64,000 nt of DNA from an uncultured Candidatus Rokubacteria bacterium (GTDB lineage: Bacteria > Methylomirabilota > Methylomirabilia > Rokubacteriales > CSP1-6), in assembly GCA_963771355.1 (NCBI GenBank), contig CAVYTA010000005.1:864001-928000 (forward strand), in the 5' to 3' direction. A model generated the notes under the pieces. It worked only from the letters and a program-made list of their open reading frames with translations, had not been told where the DNA came from and did no database searches. Made by a program: the position numbers and the translations under genes. Every line of letters starts with the position of its first letter. Positions within the stretch are counted from its first letter, which is position 1. Shown here in pieces: positions 39,242-49,883 of the stretch.

Positions 39242-40459
39242 ATGAAACCATTGAGCGGCACGCGCGTCATCGACTTCACTCAGGCCATGGCGGCGCCCTA
39301 TTGCACGATGAACCTGGCCGACATGGGCGCGGACGTGATCAAGCTCGAGCCGCCGGGCGAAGGCGAGCCCACGCGCCAGCTCGGCTCCGCCCACAAGCGA
39401 GGCCACAGCGCGACCTTCATGACCATGAACCGCGGCAAGCGCGGCCTGGCGGTGGACCTCAAGCAGCCCGAGGGCGTGGAGATCGTCAAGCGGCTGACGA
39501 AGACCGCCGACGTGTTCGTCCAGAACTACCGCCCCGGCGTGGCCGAGCGGCTCGGGCTGGGCTGGGACGCGCTATCCCGGGTGAACCCGCGGCTGGTGTA
39601 CTGCGCGGTGTCCGGCTTCGGCGGCACCGGCCCCTACGCGCCCCGCGGCGGCTACGACCTCATCGCGCAGGGCATGTCGGGCATCATGAGCGTGACCGGC
39701 GACGAGGACGGCGCCCCCGCGAAATCCGGCGTGCCGCTCTCCGATCTCTCGGCGGGGCTCTTCTCCGCCTACGGGATCCTCTGCGCATTGGAGCATCGCG
39801 ACCGCACCGGCGAGGGCCAGCTCGTGGACACCTCGCTCCTGGAGGCGGCCATGGCGCTGACCATCTGGGAATCGGCCGAGTACTGGGTGACGGGCGAGGC
39901 GCCACGCGCGCTGGGCTCCGCCCATCGCCTCTCCGCGCCCTACCAGGCGCTGCGCGCCGCCGACGGCTACTTCACGGTGGGCGCCAATAATGACCGGCTC
40001 TTCGAGGGGCTCTGCCGCGCCATCGGCCGGTCCGATCTCGCCGCGGACACGCGCTTCGCCGCCGGCAAGACGAGGCAGGAGAACCGGAAGACGCTCATCG
40101 CCGAGCTCGAGCGCACCACCGCCACCGAGGGGCGCGCCTTCTGGCTGGAGCGCCTCGACAAGGAAGGCGTCCCCGCGGGACCCATCAATAACTACGCCGA
40201 GGCCCTCGCCGACCCGCACACGCTGGCGCGGAAGATGGTGGTGGACCTGGTGCACCCGGGGGCGGGCCCCATCAAGGCGCTCGGCGTGCCGGTGAAGCTC
40301 TCGGAGACGCCGGGAGCGGTCGATCGCGCGGCGCCGCTCCTCGGCCAGCACACCGAGGAGATCCTGGTCGAGCTGGGCTATTCCGAGACCGAGCGCCGCG
40401 CGCTCGAGGCCAAGGACATCATTCAACGCTGGCCGAAGCCAGGAGGAACGGCTCCATGA
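39242..40459 (+). CDS. CaiB/BaiF family III CoA-transferase
   Basis: ADMGADVIKLE, QNYRPG, GYDLIAQ. Confidence 0.92.
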   Translation: MKPLSGTRVIDFTQAMAAPYCTMNLADMGADVIKLEPPGEGEPTRQLGSAHKRGHSATFMTMNRGKRGLAVDLKQPEGVEIVKRLTKTADVFVQNYRPGVAERLGLGWDALSRVNPRLVYCAVSGFGGTGPYAPRGGYDLIAQGMSGIMSVTGDEDGAPAKSGVPLSDLSAGLFSAYGILCALEHRDRTGEGQLVDTSLLEAAMALTIWESAEYWVTGEAPRALGSAHRLSAPYQALRAADGYFTVGANNDRLFEGLCRAIGRSDLAADTRFAAGKTRQENRKTLIAELERTTATEGRAFWLERLDKEGVPAGPINNYAEALADPHTLARKMVVDLVHPGAGPIKALGVPVKLSETPGAVDRAAPLLGQHTEEILVELGYSETERRALEAKDIIQRWPKPGGTAP

Positions 40460-41439
40460 AGACCCGTACGCTCGCCCTGCTATGCACCCTCGCCGTGCTC
40501 GTCCCCGGGCTCGCCGCTCTCGCGCTCGCCCAGGCCAAGTACCCGTCGAAGACCATCGAGGTGGTCGTGCCCTTCGCGCCCGGCGGCGGCACCGATAACC
40601 TCATGCGGATGATCACCGGCATCATCGAGGAGAACAAGTGGTCGCCGGTCGCGATGAACGTCAACAACCGCACCGGCGGCAGCGGCGCCGTCGGCTACTC
40701 CTACCTGATCGGCAAGAAGGGTGACTCCCACGTGGTGGCAGGCGCCACGCCCATGGTCGTGTCCGGGAAGCTGGAAGGGCGTCTCCCCGGCGATCACCAT
40801 GACGTCATGACGATCCTCATGATCGTGGCCATCGACGACCTCATGCTCTCGGTGCGGACGGAATCGCCCTTCAAGACGGTCGACGACTTCGTCAAGGCCG
40901 CGCGCGAGAAGCCGGGCGTGCTCACCGTCGGCGGCACCGGGACCAATACCGAGGACCACATCTTCCACTACCTCTTCGAGCAGGCGGCCAAGATCAAGGT
41001 GAAGTACGTGCCCTTCAACTCGGGCGGTGAGGTGACCACCGCGCTGATGGGCGGGCACATCGACGCCGCGGTGGAGAACCCCAACGAGATCGTGGCGCAG
41101 GTCGAGGCCAAGAAGGCGCGCAATCTCGCGGTGGCTTCCCGCAAGCGGCTCACCGACGCGCCCGACGTGCCCACCTTCGCGGAGCGGGGCTACGAGTTCT
41201 TCTGGGAGCAGATGCGCGGCGTGGTGGGGCCGGCGGGCATGAGCCCCGAGGCCGTGAAGTGGTGGCAGGACACGCTCAAGAAGGTGACCGAAAACAAGAA
41301 GTGGCAGGAGTCGTACATCAAGCGCAATCTCCTGACCCCCACCGCGTGGTCGGGGGATGAAGCCAACAAGTATCTCGACGGACTCACCGCCAAGTACGAG
41401 AAGGCGCTCGGGGACCTGGGCGCGCTGAAGAAGAAGTAG
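40456..41439 (+). CDS. tctC: Tripartite tricarboxylate transporter substrate-binding protein
   Basis: YPSKTIEVVVPFAPGGGTD, PDVPTF. Confidence 0.9.
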   Translation: MKTRTLALLCTLAVLVPGLAALALAQAKYPSKTIEVVVPFAPGGGTDNLMRMITGIIEENKWSPVAMNVNNRTGGSGAVGYSYLIGKKGDSHVVAGATPMVVSGKLEGRLPGDHHDVMTILMIVAIDDLMLSVRTESPFKTVDDFVKAAREKPGVLTVGGTGTNTEDHIFHYLFEQAAKIKVKYVPFNSGGEVTTALMGGHIDAAVENPNEIVAQVEAKKARNLAVASRKRLTDAPDVPTFAERGYEFFWEQMRGVVGPAGMSPEAVKWWQDTLKKVTENKKWQESYIKRNLLTPTAWSGDEANKYLDGLTAKYEKALGDLGALKKK

Positions 41440-41444
41440 CGCGC

Positions 41445-41900
41445 GTGCGGCGCGCGGACCAGATCGCCGGGGCCGGGCTGCTCCTGCTCGGGGTGGCTTT
41501 CTCGGGGATGGCTGTCTGGAAGTACACGTACTGGGGGCCCACCGGTCCCGGCTCGGGCTTCCTGCCCTTCTGGCTGGGGCTCACCATGGCGGTGCTCGCC
41601 GCCGGGCTCCTGCTCGGGACCCGGCGCGCCCGCGAGCCCGGCGCCCGCTGGCTCCCGGAAGGCGCCGGGCTGCGCCGCCTGGCGATCGTGCTCGGCGTGA
41701 CGGCGGGACTGGTCGCGCTGCTCAAGGTCGTCGGGATGGCGGTGGGGACCGTGCTCTTCCTGGTCGTGATCCTCCGGATGGTGGAGGGGATGGCGTGGCG
41801 GACCGTGCTCGCCATTTCCCTCGGGGCGGCCGCGTTCAACTATCTCGTCTTCACCTACTGGCTGCGCGTCCCGTTCCCGGTCGGCGTCCTGGGCTTCTGA
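41445..41900 (+). CDS. tctB: TTT small membrane subunit
   Basis: GPGSGFLP; four TM; lies between tctC and tctA. Confidence 0.85.
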   Translation: MRRADQIAGAGLLLLGVAFSGMAVWKYTYWGPTGPGSGFLPFWLGLTMAVLAAGLLLGTRRAREPGARWLPEGAGLRRLAIVLGVTAGLVALLKVVGMAVGTVLFLVVILRMVEGMAWRTVLAISLGAAAFNYLVFTYWLRVPFPVGVLGF

Positions 41901-43414
41901 TGGATTTCCTCGCCAACCTCCAGCTCGGGTTCAGCATCGCCTTCACACCGTTCAACCTCGTCATGGCGGCGGCGGGGGTGACGGTGGGCACGCTCATCGG
42001 CGCCCTGCCCGGCATCGGCCCGGTCTCCGGGGTGGCGCTCCTCCTGCCGCTCACCTTCGGCATGGAACCCGTCTCCGGGATCATCATGCTCGCGTCCCTG
42101 TACGCCGGATCCATGTACGGCGGCACCATCACCTCGGTGCTGATCAATACCCCGGGCGAGTCCGCGTCGGTGGTGACCTGCATCGACGGCTATCAGATGG
42201 CGCTGCAGGGACGGGCGGGGCCCGCGCTGGGCGTCGCCGCCATCGGCTCCTTCGTGGCGGGCACCGTGGGCGTGGTGCTCCTCATGCTGATGTCGCCGCT
42301 GCTCGCGCGCTGGGCGCTCTCCTTCGGTCCACCGGAGACCTTCGCCCTCATGCTGCTGGGCCTCACCACCGTGACCGGGCTCACCGGGGACAACGCGCTC
42401 AAGGGCTACATCAGCATGGTGTTCGGTCTCATGCTGGCCATGGTGGGCTTCGACATCATCTCGGGCGACGCCCGCTATGCCTTCGGCTTCAACGAGCTGC
42501 TGGACGGCGTCGAGTTCCTGCCCGTGGCCATCGGCCTCTTCGGGCTGGGCGAGGTCCTCGTGGGAGCGGAGCAGGTCGCCGACATGCGCATCCTCCGCGC
42601 CCGCTTCGGCATCCGCGACGTCATGCTCACCGCCACGGACTGGGCGCGGAGCCGCGCGGCCATCGCCCGCGGCACCGTGATCGGGTTCCTCATCGGCGTG
42701 CTGCCCGGGGCCGGACCGACCATCGCGTCCTTCCTGGCCTACACGCTGGAGAAGAAGGTCTCGAAGCACCCCGAGGAGTTCGGACACGGCGCCATCGAGG
42801 GCGTGGCGGCGCCCGAGTCGGCGAACAATGCCGCCTCCTCGGCGGCCTTCGTGCCCATGCTCACGCTGGGCATCCCGGGCTCCGCCACCACCGCGGTGAT
42901 GCTGGGCGGGCTCATGATGTGGGGGCTCCGGCCGGGTCCGCTGCTCTTCGAGAAGAACCCGGACTTCGTCTGGGGCCTCATCGCGTCGCTCTACATCGCC
43001 AATGTGATGCTCCTCGTGCTGAACATCGGGTTCATCCCCATGTTCGTGCGGGCGCTTCGCATCCCGTACGGCGTCCTCATGCCGCTCATCATCATCTTCT
43101 GCGTCACCGGCGCCTACTCGCTGAACAACAAGGTCTGGGACGTGGGCGTGATGCTCATCTTCGGGGTGCTCGGCTACGTGATGAAGAAGCTCGACTATTC
43201 CCCGGCGGCCCTCACCCTGGCCCTGGTCATCGGCCCCCTCGCCGAGCGGGCGCTGCGCCAGTCGCTGATCATCTCGGACTCGGGGGCCGCGATCTTCTTC
43301 ATGCGGCCCATCGCGGCGGTGCTGACCCTGCTCGCGCTGTCCGCCATCGCCGTGCCCGCCGTGCGCGCGCTCCGGCAGGCGGTGCGCGGCCGTCCCCGCG
43401 TCCCCGTGGCCTGA
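41900..43414 (+). CDS. tctA: TTT large permease
   Basis: GALPGIG, YGGTITSVLINTPG, APESANNA. Confidence 0.93.
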   Translation: MDFLANLQLGFSIAFTPFNLVMAAAGVTVGTLIGALPGIGPVSGVALLLPLTFGMEPVSGIIMLASLYAGSMYGGTITSVLINTPGESASVVTCIDGYQMALQGRAGPALGVAAIGSFVAGTVGVVLLMLMSPLLARWALSFGPPETFALMLLGLTTVTGLTGDNALKGYISMVFGLMLAMVGFDIISGDARYAFGFNELLDGVEFLPVAIGLFGLGEVLVGAEQVADMRILRARFGIRDVMLTATDWARSRAAIARGTVIGFLIGVLPGAGPTIASFLAYTLEKKVSKHPEEFGHGAIEGVAAPESANNAASSAAFVPMLTLGIPGSATTAVMLGGLMMWGLRPGPLLFEKNPDFVWGLIASLYIANVMLLVLNIGFIPMFVRALRIPYGVLMPLIIIFCVTGAYSLNNKVWDVGVMLIFGVLGYVMKKLDYSPAALTLALVIGPLAERALRQSLIISDSGAAIFFMRPIAAVLTLLALSAIAVPAVRALRQAVRGRPRVPVA

Positions 43415-43447
43415 ATCAAGACCCGCGGCAAGCGGGGGAGATCGGCG

Positions 43448-44767
43448 ATGCGCGAAGATCGGTATGGCCTTCCCCTCAGCTCCCCGTCCGACCGCGCGGT
43501 CGCGGCGTACCGCGAGGGCGTGGACCACATCCTCTGCGCCACCCCGGGCGCCGATCGCGCGTTCACCGAGGCGCTGGCCGCGGACCCCGGCTTCGCCCTG
43601 GCCGCCGCCGGGCTCGCCCGCACCCAGCAGATCCACGGGCGCATACCGGAAGCGAAGGCCGCGATCGCGCAGGCGCGCGCCCGCGCGGGCGGGGTGTCGC
43701 GGCGAGAGCGGCAGCACGTGGAGGCGATCGGCCTCCTCCTCGATGGCAATGCGGCGGGCGCGCTGGCCGCCGTCCGCGCGCATACGGCCGAGTTCCCTCG
43801 CGACGCTCTCGTCCTGAGCCTGGCCGTGGGCGCCTTCGGTCTCATCGCCTTCAGCGGTCGGCTCGATCACGACGCGCTGCTGCTGGAGCTCCTCGACGGG
43901 CTGGCGCCGCACTATGCCGGCGACTGGTGGTTCCCCTTCGCCCACGGCTGGGCGCACAACGAGGCGCGCCGCCATCCCGAGGCCCGGCGGCTCATGGAGC
44001 AGGCGCGGGAGCGGCAGCCGCGCAGCGCCAATGTCGCGCACGGCCTCGCCCATATCGCCTACGAAACGGGCGACATCGAGGGGGGCGCGCGCTACCTCGA
44101 AGGCTGGCTTCCCGCGTACGAGCGGGCGTCCGCGCTGCACTGCCACCTCTCCTGGCATCTGGCCCTCTTCGAGCTGGGGCGGGGGCGGACGGACGCCGCG
44201 CTCCGCATCTACGAGGACAGCATCGCGCCGGGCGCCTCGGTAGCACCGCCGCTCAACACGCTCTCCGACTCCGCCGCCTTTCTCTGGCGGCTCGGTCTCT
44301 ATGGGGAAGCAGGGGCCGCGGAGCGGTGGACCCCGGTGCGCGACTTCGCCCGGCAGGCCTTCCCGCGCCCGGGCTTTGCGTTTGCCGACATCCACTGCGC
44401 GCTGACGTATGCCGGCGTGGGCGATCTCGAGGCCCACGCGTCGCTGGTGGGCGCCTTCCGGGAGGCCGACCGCGCCGGGCGCTTGCCGGCTGGGCCGGGG
44501 GTGGCGGAGCTCGCGGAGGGACTTCGGGCCTTCGCGGCCGGTGACTATGAAGGGGCGATTCTCCGCATCGAGCCGGTGGCGGGCGAGGTGACCCGGCTGG
44601 GGGGCAGCCATGCCCAGCGCGACATCTTCGAGGAAACTCTCATCCAGGCCTACTTGCGCACCAATCGCGGGGCAAAGGCGGCGGCGATCCTGCGCCGGCG
44701 GCTGGATCGACGGCCCTCGGCCAGGGACCGAGACTGGCTGGGTCGGGCTGACGGCTTGGGCGCGTAA
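43448..44767 (+). CDS. TPR protein, TTC38-like
   Basis: HCHLSWHLAL, LGGSHAQRD. Confidence 0.8.
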   Translation: MREDRYGLPLSSPSDRAVAAYREGVDHILCATPGADRAFTEALAADPGFALAAAGLARTQQIHGRIPEAKAAIAQARARAGGVSRRERQHVEAIGLLLDGNAAGALAAVRAHTAEFPRDALVLSLAVGAFGLIAFSGRLDHDALLLELLDGLAPHYAGDWWFPFAHGWAHNEARRHPEARRLMEQARERQPRSANVAHGLAHIAYETGDIEGGARYLEGWLPAYERASALHCHLSWHLALFELGRGRTDAALRIYEDSIAPGASVAPPLNTLSDSAAFLWRLGLYGEAGAAERWTPVRDFARQAFPRPGFAFADIHCALTYAGVGDLEAHASLVGAFREADRAGRLPAGPGVAELAEGLRAFAAGDYEGAILRIEPVAGEVTRLGGSHAQRDIFEETLIQAYLRTNRGAKAAAILRRRLDRRPSARDRDWLGRADGLGA

Positions 44768-44909
44768 ACCCTTATTAAACCGACCAAAGCCTTGACAGTC
44801 CCGGGGGCCTCGGCTAGACTCACGCAACTTCGACAGTCTGGCTGACACGCGCCTCACGGTGCCCACGGGTGAAGGAAACGCTCTCCAACGGCGTAGACGG
44901 AAGACAGGC

Positions 44910-46880
44910 GTGACGACCGTGGGCCCACGCCCGGCCGACGCGCTTGACCCCGCCCGGGACACTTTCCCCAAGCTGGTCGCTTCCAACGCCACGCGCCTTG
45001 CCGGCAAGGTCGCGATCCGCGAGAAGCAGCTCGGCATCTGGCAGGCCCATACGTGGAGCGAGTACCTGGCCGAGTCCCGACTGATCGCGCTGGGCCTGGC
45101 CGCGCTGGGCTTCGCCCGGGGCGATCGGACCGCGGTGATCGGCGACAATCGCCCGCCGCTGTACTGGGCCATGCTGGCCACCCAGGCGCTGGGCGGCGTG
45201 CCGGTGCCGCTGTACCAGGACTCCATCGAGAAGGAGATGCAGTTCATCCTGGACCACGCCGAGGCCCGCTTCGCGGTGGTGGAGGACCAGGAGCAGGTGG
45301 ACAAGCTCCTGCACGTGCGCGCGGAGTGCCCGCGGCTCGAGTACATCGTCTACGACGATCCCCGGGGCCTGCGGCACTACCAGGAGCCGTTCCTCCTGAG
45401 TCTCGCCGAGCTCAAGGAGCGCGGCGCCAAGTTCGCCGCCGACAATCCCGGCTGGTTCGAGGCGGAGGTGGCCAAGGGCACCGGGGACGACCTCGCGGTG
45501 ATCTGCTATACCTCCGGCACCACCGGCCAGCCCAAGGGCGCCATGCTCTCCCACCGGAACCTCATCGTCACCGCGCGCAACGCGATCGAGCGCGAGGGCC
45601 TGCGCGAGTCCGACGAGGTGGTGGCGTACCTCCCCATGGCCTGGGTGGGCGACCACATGTTCTCCTTCAGCCAGTCGGTGGTGGCGGGCTTCGCCACCAA
45701 CTGCCCGGAGAGCGCGGCCACGGTGCTCTCCGACCTCAAGGAGATCGGCCCCACCTACTTCTTCGCGCCGCCCCGCATCTGGGAGAACATCCTCACCGCG
45801 GTGATGATCCGCGTGGACGACGCGTGGGCGCCGAAGCGGGCCATGATCCGCTACTTCCTGGATCTGGCGCGCCGTACCGAGCGCGCGCGGCTCGCGCACC
45901 GGACCCCCGCCCTGGGCGATCGCCTCCTCTACGCGCTGGGGCGCGTGCTGGTGTACGGCCCCCTGCGCGACAACCTGGGAATGGGGCGCATCCGCCTGGC
46001 CTATACCGCGGGGGAGGCCATCGGGCCCGAGCTCTTCGAGTTCTACCGCTCGCTCGGCATCAACGTGAAGCAGCTCTACGGGATGACGGAGTCGAGCGCG
46101 CTGATCTGCATCCAGAAGGACGGCGACGTGAAGCTGGACACCGTCGGCACCCCGCTCCCCGAGGTGGAGGTGCGCATCACCGAGGGCGGCGAAGTGGTCG
46201 TTCGCAGCCCGGGCGTCTTCCTCGGCTACTACAAGAACCCCGAGGCCACGCGGGAGACGCTGGAGGATGGCTGGATCCGCACCGGCGACGCCGGCGTGTT
46301 CGACCGCGACGGGCACCTCAAGATCATCGACCGCGCCCGCGACGTGGGCCGGCTCTCCGACGGCACCCTCTTCGCCCCCAAGTACCTCGAGAACAAGGTC
46401 AAGTTCTCGCCCTTCGTGAAGGAGGCGGTGTGCGTGGGGGACGGGCGGCCGCACGTGGTCGCGCTCCTCAACATCGACCTCGCCGCGGTGGGCAGCTGGG
46501 CCGAGCGGCGCAACATCGCCTACACGTCCTACGCCGACCTGGCCCAGAAGCCGGAGGTCTACGACCTGGTCCGGCACGAGGTCAACCGCGTGAACCGGAG
46601 CCTGGTGACGGAGGGCGACCTGGCCGGCACCCAGATCCGGAAGTTCCTGCTCCTGCACAAGGAGCTGGATGCGGACGATCAGGAGATCACCCGCACGCGC
46701 AAGGTGCGGCGGGGTTTCGTGGCCCAGAAGTACGCGCCCCTCATCGAGGGGCTCTACGGCGGCGTGGATCACGTGAACGTGGAGGCCCAGGTCACGTACG
46801 AGGACGGCCGGGTGGGCATGATGCGGGCGGACATCCGCATCGCGGAGGCCGAGATCGCGGGCGCAGGGACGGCACCATGA
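44910..46880 (+). CDS. Long-chain acyl-CoA ligase (cassette 1)
   Basis: YTSGTTGQPKG, YGMTE, TGDAG. Confidence 0.9.
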   Translation: MTTVGPRPADALDPARDTFPKLVASNATRLAGKVAIREKQLGIWQAHTWSEYLAESRLIALGLAALGFARGDRTAVIGDNRPPLYWAMLATQALGGVPVPLYQDSIEKEMQFILDHAEARFAVVEDQEQVDKLLHVRAECPRLEYIVYDDPRGLRHYQEPFLLSLAELKERGAKFAADNPGWFEAEVAKGTGDDLAVICYTSGTTGQPKGAMLSHRNLIVTARNAIEREGLRESDEVVAYLPMAWVGDHMFSFSQSVVAGFATNCPESAATVLSDLKEIGPTYFFAPPRIWENILTAVMIRVDDAWAPKRAMIRYFLDLARRTERARLAHRTPALGDRLLYALGRVLVYGPLRDNLGMGRIRLAYTAGEAIGPELFEFYRSLGINVKQLYGMTESSALICIQKDGDVKLDTVGTPLPEVEVRITEGGEVVVRSPGVFLGYYKNPEATRETLEDGWIRTGDAGVFDRDGHLKIIDRARDVGRLSDGTLFAPKYLENKVKFSPFVKEAVCVGDGRPHVVALLNIDLAAVGSWAERRNIAYTSYADLAQKPEVYDLVRHEVNRVNRSLVTEGDLAGTQIRKFLLLHKELDADDQEITRTRKVRRGFVAQKYAPLIEGLYGGVDHVNVEAQVTYEDGRVGMMRADIRIAEAEIAGAGTAP

Positions 46881-47665
46881 GCGATGCCGGGCGGCCCACT
46901 CCACTGCTCGAAGTGGACGGGATCGGCGTGCGCTTCGGCGCGGTGCAGGCGCTCGATGGGGTGAGTCTCGAGATCGCGCGCGGGGAGATCGCCGCCATCA
47001 TCGGCCCCAACGGGGCCGGGAAGACCACGCTGCTCAACGTGATCAGCGGCTTCTATCACCCCAACGAGGGCGCCATCCGCTTCGCGGGCGCGGATCGCAC
47101 CCACCTCAAGCCCTACGAGGTGGCCACCCTCGGGATCGCCCGGACCTTCCAGAACGTGGCGCTCTTCAAGGGCATGAGCGTGCTCGACAACATCATGACC
47201 GGGCGGCTCCTCAAGATGCACGGGTCGTTCCTGCTGGAGGCGTTGTACTGGGGGCCGGCCCGCCGTCAGGAGCTCGAGCACCGGGCCTTCGTGGAGCGCG
47301 TCATCGACTTCCTCGAGATCCAGGCCATCCGCAAGATGCCCGCCGGGCGCCTGCCCTACGGCCTGCAGAAGCGGGTGGAGCTGGCGCGGGCGCTGGCCGC
47401 CGAGCCCACCCTCCTCCTCCTCGACGAGCCCATGGCGGGCATGAACGTCGAGGAGAAGGAGGACATGTGCCGGTTCATCCTGGGGGTGAACGACGAGTTC
47501 GGGACCACCATCGCCCTCATCGAGCACGACATGAGCGTGGTGATGGACATCTCCGGGCACGTGGTGGCGCTGGACTACGGGCGCAAGATCGCCGACGGGA
47601 CGCCGGACCAGGTGCGGGCCGATCCGGCGGTCATCGACGCCTACCTGGGGGTGGCGCATGCTTAG
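46877..47665 (+). CDS. Branched-chain-type ABC ATPase (LivG-like)
   Basis: GPNGAGKT, LPYG, LLDEP. Confidence 0.92.
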   Translation: MSDAGRPTPLLEVDGIGVRFGAVQALDGVSLEIARGEIAAIIGPNGAGKTTLLNVISGFYHPNEGAIRFAGADRTHLKPYEVATLGIARTFQNVALFKGMSVLDNIMTGRLLKMHGSFLLEALYWGPARRQELEHRAFVERVIDFLEIQAIRKMPAGRLPYGLQKRVELARALAAEPTLLLLDEPMAGMNVEEKEDMCRFILGVNDEFGTTIALIEHDMSVVMDISGHVVALDYGRKIADGTPDQVRADPAVIDAYLGVAHA

Positions 47666-48596
47666 CCTCCTCCACGCGGTGTTCGTGGCGCCCCTCCTCG
47701 ACATGGCGGGGTCGCCGACCTTTCTCGCCGAGGTGCTGATCGGCGGCATCGCGGCCGGGCTCATGTACTCGCTGGTGGCGCTGGGCTTCGTCCTCATCTT
47801 CAAGGCCTCGGGGGTGTTCAACTTCGCCCAGGGCGTGATGGTGCTGTTCGCCGCCCTCACGCTGGTGGGGCTCATGGAGATGGGGCTGCCGGTGGCGGTG
47901 GCGCTCCTGGCCACGGTCGCGGTCATGGTGGCGCTGGCCTTCGGCATCGAGCGCGTGGTGCTGCGGCCGCTCGTGAACCAGGCGCCCATCATCCTCTTCA
48001 TGGCCACCATCGGGCTCAACTTCTTCCTGGAGGGCTTCGGCGAGATGGTGTGGGGCGCCAACGTCAAGAAGCTCGACGTGGGCATCCCCGACGAGTCCTT
48101 CAAGGTGGCGGGCATCCTGCTGAACAAGCTCGAGCTGACGGCGGCCGGCACCGCCGCGGTCCTGGTGGCGGTGCTGGCGGTGTTCTTCCAGCGCACGCGT
48201 ATCGGCCGCGCGCTCCGCGCGGTGGCCGACGACCATGAGGCCGCGCTGTCCATCGGCATCCCGCTCAAGACCATCTGGGTGGTGGTGTGGGCGGTGGCGG
48301 GGCTGGTGGCCATCGTCACCGGCATCATGTGGGGGGCGAAGAGCGGCGTCCAGTTCAGCCTCTCCCTCATCGCGCTCAAGGCGCTGCCGGTCCTCATCCT
48401 GGGCGGCTTCACCTCGGTGCCGGGAGCCATCGTGGGCGGGCTCATCGTGGGCACGGGAGAGAAGCTCGGCGAGGTGTACTGGGGCCCGCTGGTGGGCGGG
48501 GCCATCGAGAACTGGTTCGCCTACATGCTGGCCCTCGTCTTCCTCGTCTTCCGGCCTCAGGGCCTGTTCGGCGAGCGGATAATCGAGCGCGTGTAG
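47658..48596 (+). CDS. ABC permease (LivH-like)
   Basis: FNFAQG, GRALRAVAD, RPQGLFG. Confidence 0.92.
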   Translation: MLSLLHAVFVAPLLDMAGSPTFLAEVLIGGIAAGLMYSLVALGFVLIFKASGVFNFAQGVMVLFAALTLVGLMEMGLPVAVALLATVAVMVALAFGIERVVLRPLVNQAPIILFMATIGLNFFLEGFGEMVWGANVKKLDVGIPDESFKVAGILLNKLELTAAGTAAVLVAVLAVFFQRTRIGRALRAVADDHEAALSIGIPLKTIWVVVWAVAGLVAIVTGIMWGAKSGVQFSLSLIALKALPVLILGGFTSVPGAIVGGLIVGTGEKLGEVYWGPLVGGAIENWFAYMLALVFLVFRPQGLFGERIIERV

Positions 48597-48779
48597 TGCG
48601 AGGCGCAGCCGAAGGCGAGACGAGCGAAATCTGAGAATGCTTGCGCGAGCGGACAGTAGTGCGAGGCGCAGCCGAAGGCGAGACGAGCGAAATCTGAGAA
48701 TGCTTGCGCGAGCGGACAGTAGTGCGAGGCGCAGCCGAAGGCGAGACGAGCGAAATCTGAGAATGCTTGCGCGAGCGGA
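48593..48779 (+). repeat. Three nearly identical 63-bp tandem repeats
   Basis: GTAGTGCGAGGCGCAGCCGAAGGCGAGACGAGCGAAATCTGAGAATGCTTGCGCGAGCGGACA starting at 48593, 48656 and 48719. Confidence 0.95.
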
Positions 48780-48788
48780 GCGAGCGAC

Positions 48789-49865
48789 GTGATCTACAGG
48801 GAAGCGGGGCAGTTCAAGAGCAGCTACGCCAGCGACCAGGCGATCTTCCCCATCGTCCAGGACCGGTGGGTGGTGCTGGTGCTGATCGCGGCTGCGGTGG
48901 TGGTGCCCACCGCGCTCGGCAGCGACTACTGGCTGCAGGCCGTCCTGATCCCGTTCCTCATCTACGCGCTGGCCACGCTGGGACTCAACGTCCTCACCGG
49001 CTACGCGGGCCAGCTCTCCCTCGGCACCGGCGGCTTCATGGCGGTGGGCGGCTACGCCGCCTTCAAGCTCGCCACCGCGTTTCCCGGGCTCAATATCCTC
49101 GTGGTCTTCGTCCTGTCCGGCCTCGCCGCCGCCGCGGTGGGGCTGGTCTTCGGCATCCCGAGCCTCAGGATCAAGGGGTTCTATCTCGCGGTGGCGACGC
49201 TGGCCTCGCAGTTCTTCCTGATCTGGCTCTTCAACAAGGTGGCGTGGTTCTCCGACTACGCGCCCTCGGGCACCATCACCGCTCCGGCGCGCACCGTGCT
49301 GGGCGTGATGGTGACGGGCCCCAACGCGACGCCCGGTGCCCGCTACCTGGTGGCCATCGGTGTGGCCATCGTCTTCGGGCTCCTGGTCAAGAACCTCGTC
49401 CGGGGCCGGGTGGGACGGGCGTGGATGGCCATCCGGGACCGCGACATCGCCGCCGAGATCATCGGGGTGCGGCCGCTCCGCACCAAGCTGCTCGCCTTCG
49501 GGATCTCCTCGTTCCTCTGCGGCATCGCCGGCGCCGAGTACGTGTTCCTCTATCTCGGTAGCGCGGAGACCCAGGCCTTCGACATCAACCTCTCGTTCCT
49601 CGTGCTGTTCATGGTCATCATCGGCGGGCTGGGCAGCGTGCTCGGCTCGTTCCTGGGGGCGGCCTTCATCGTCATGGTCCCCATCTTCCTGGCCAACGCG
49701 CCGCACGCGCTGGGGCTCCACATGCCGGTGGCGCTACAGAAGCAGCTCGAGCTCATGGTCTTCGGCGGCCTCATCCTCTTCTTCCTGATCGTGGAGCCCA
49801 ACGGCCTCGCGCGGCTCTGGCAGATCACGAAGGAGAAGCTGCGGCTCTGGCCGTTCCCGCACTAA
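48789..49865 (+). CDS. ABC permease (LivM-like)
   Basis: GYAGQLSLG, YLAVATLA, GRAWMAIRD. Confidence 0.92.
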   Translation: MIYREAGQFKSSYASDQAIFPIVQDRWVVLVLIAAAVVVPTALGSDYWLQAVLIPFLIYALATLGLNVLTGYAGQLSLGTGGFMAVGGYAAFKLATAFPGLNILVVFVLSGLAAAAVGLVFGIPSLRIKGFYLAVATLASQFFLIWLFNKVAWFSDYAPSGTITAPARTVLGVMVTGPNATPGARYLVAIGVAIVFGLLVKNLVRGRVGRAWMAIRDRDIAAEIIGVRPLRTKLLAFGISSFLCGIAGAEYVFLYLGSAETQAFDINLSFLVLFMVIIGGLGSVLGSFLGAAFIVMVPIFLANAPHALGLHMPVALQKQLELMVFGGLILFFLIVEPNGLARLWQITKEKLRLWPFPH

Positions 49866-49883
49866 CCCAGAGGAGAAATCACT

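Noticed and set aside
41855..45346. Very long antisense or alternate-frame ORFs (also 28334-30838, 33655-36378, 57838-60426)
   Set aside because: High-GC shadow ORFs opposite well-supported genes, with no recognisable motifs
48593..48779. CRISPR array
   Set aside because: Units are identical over the whole 63 bp with no unique spacers, and no cas genes are in the window
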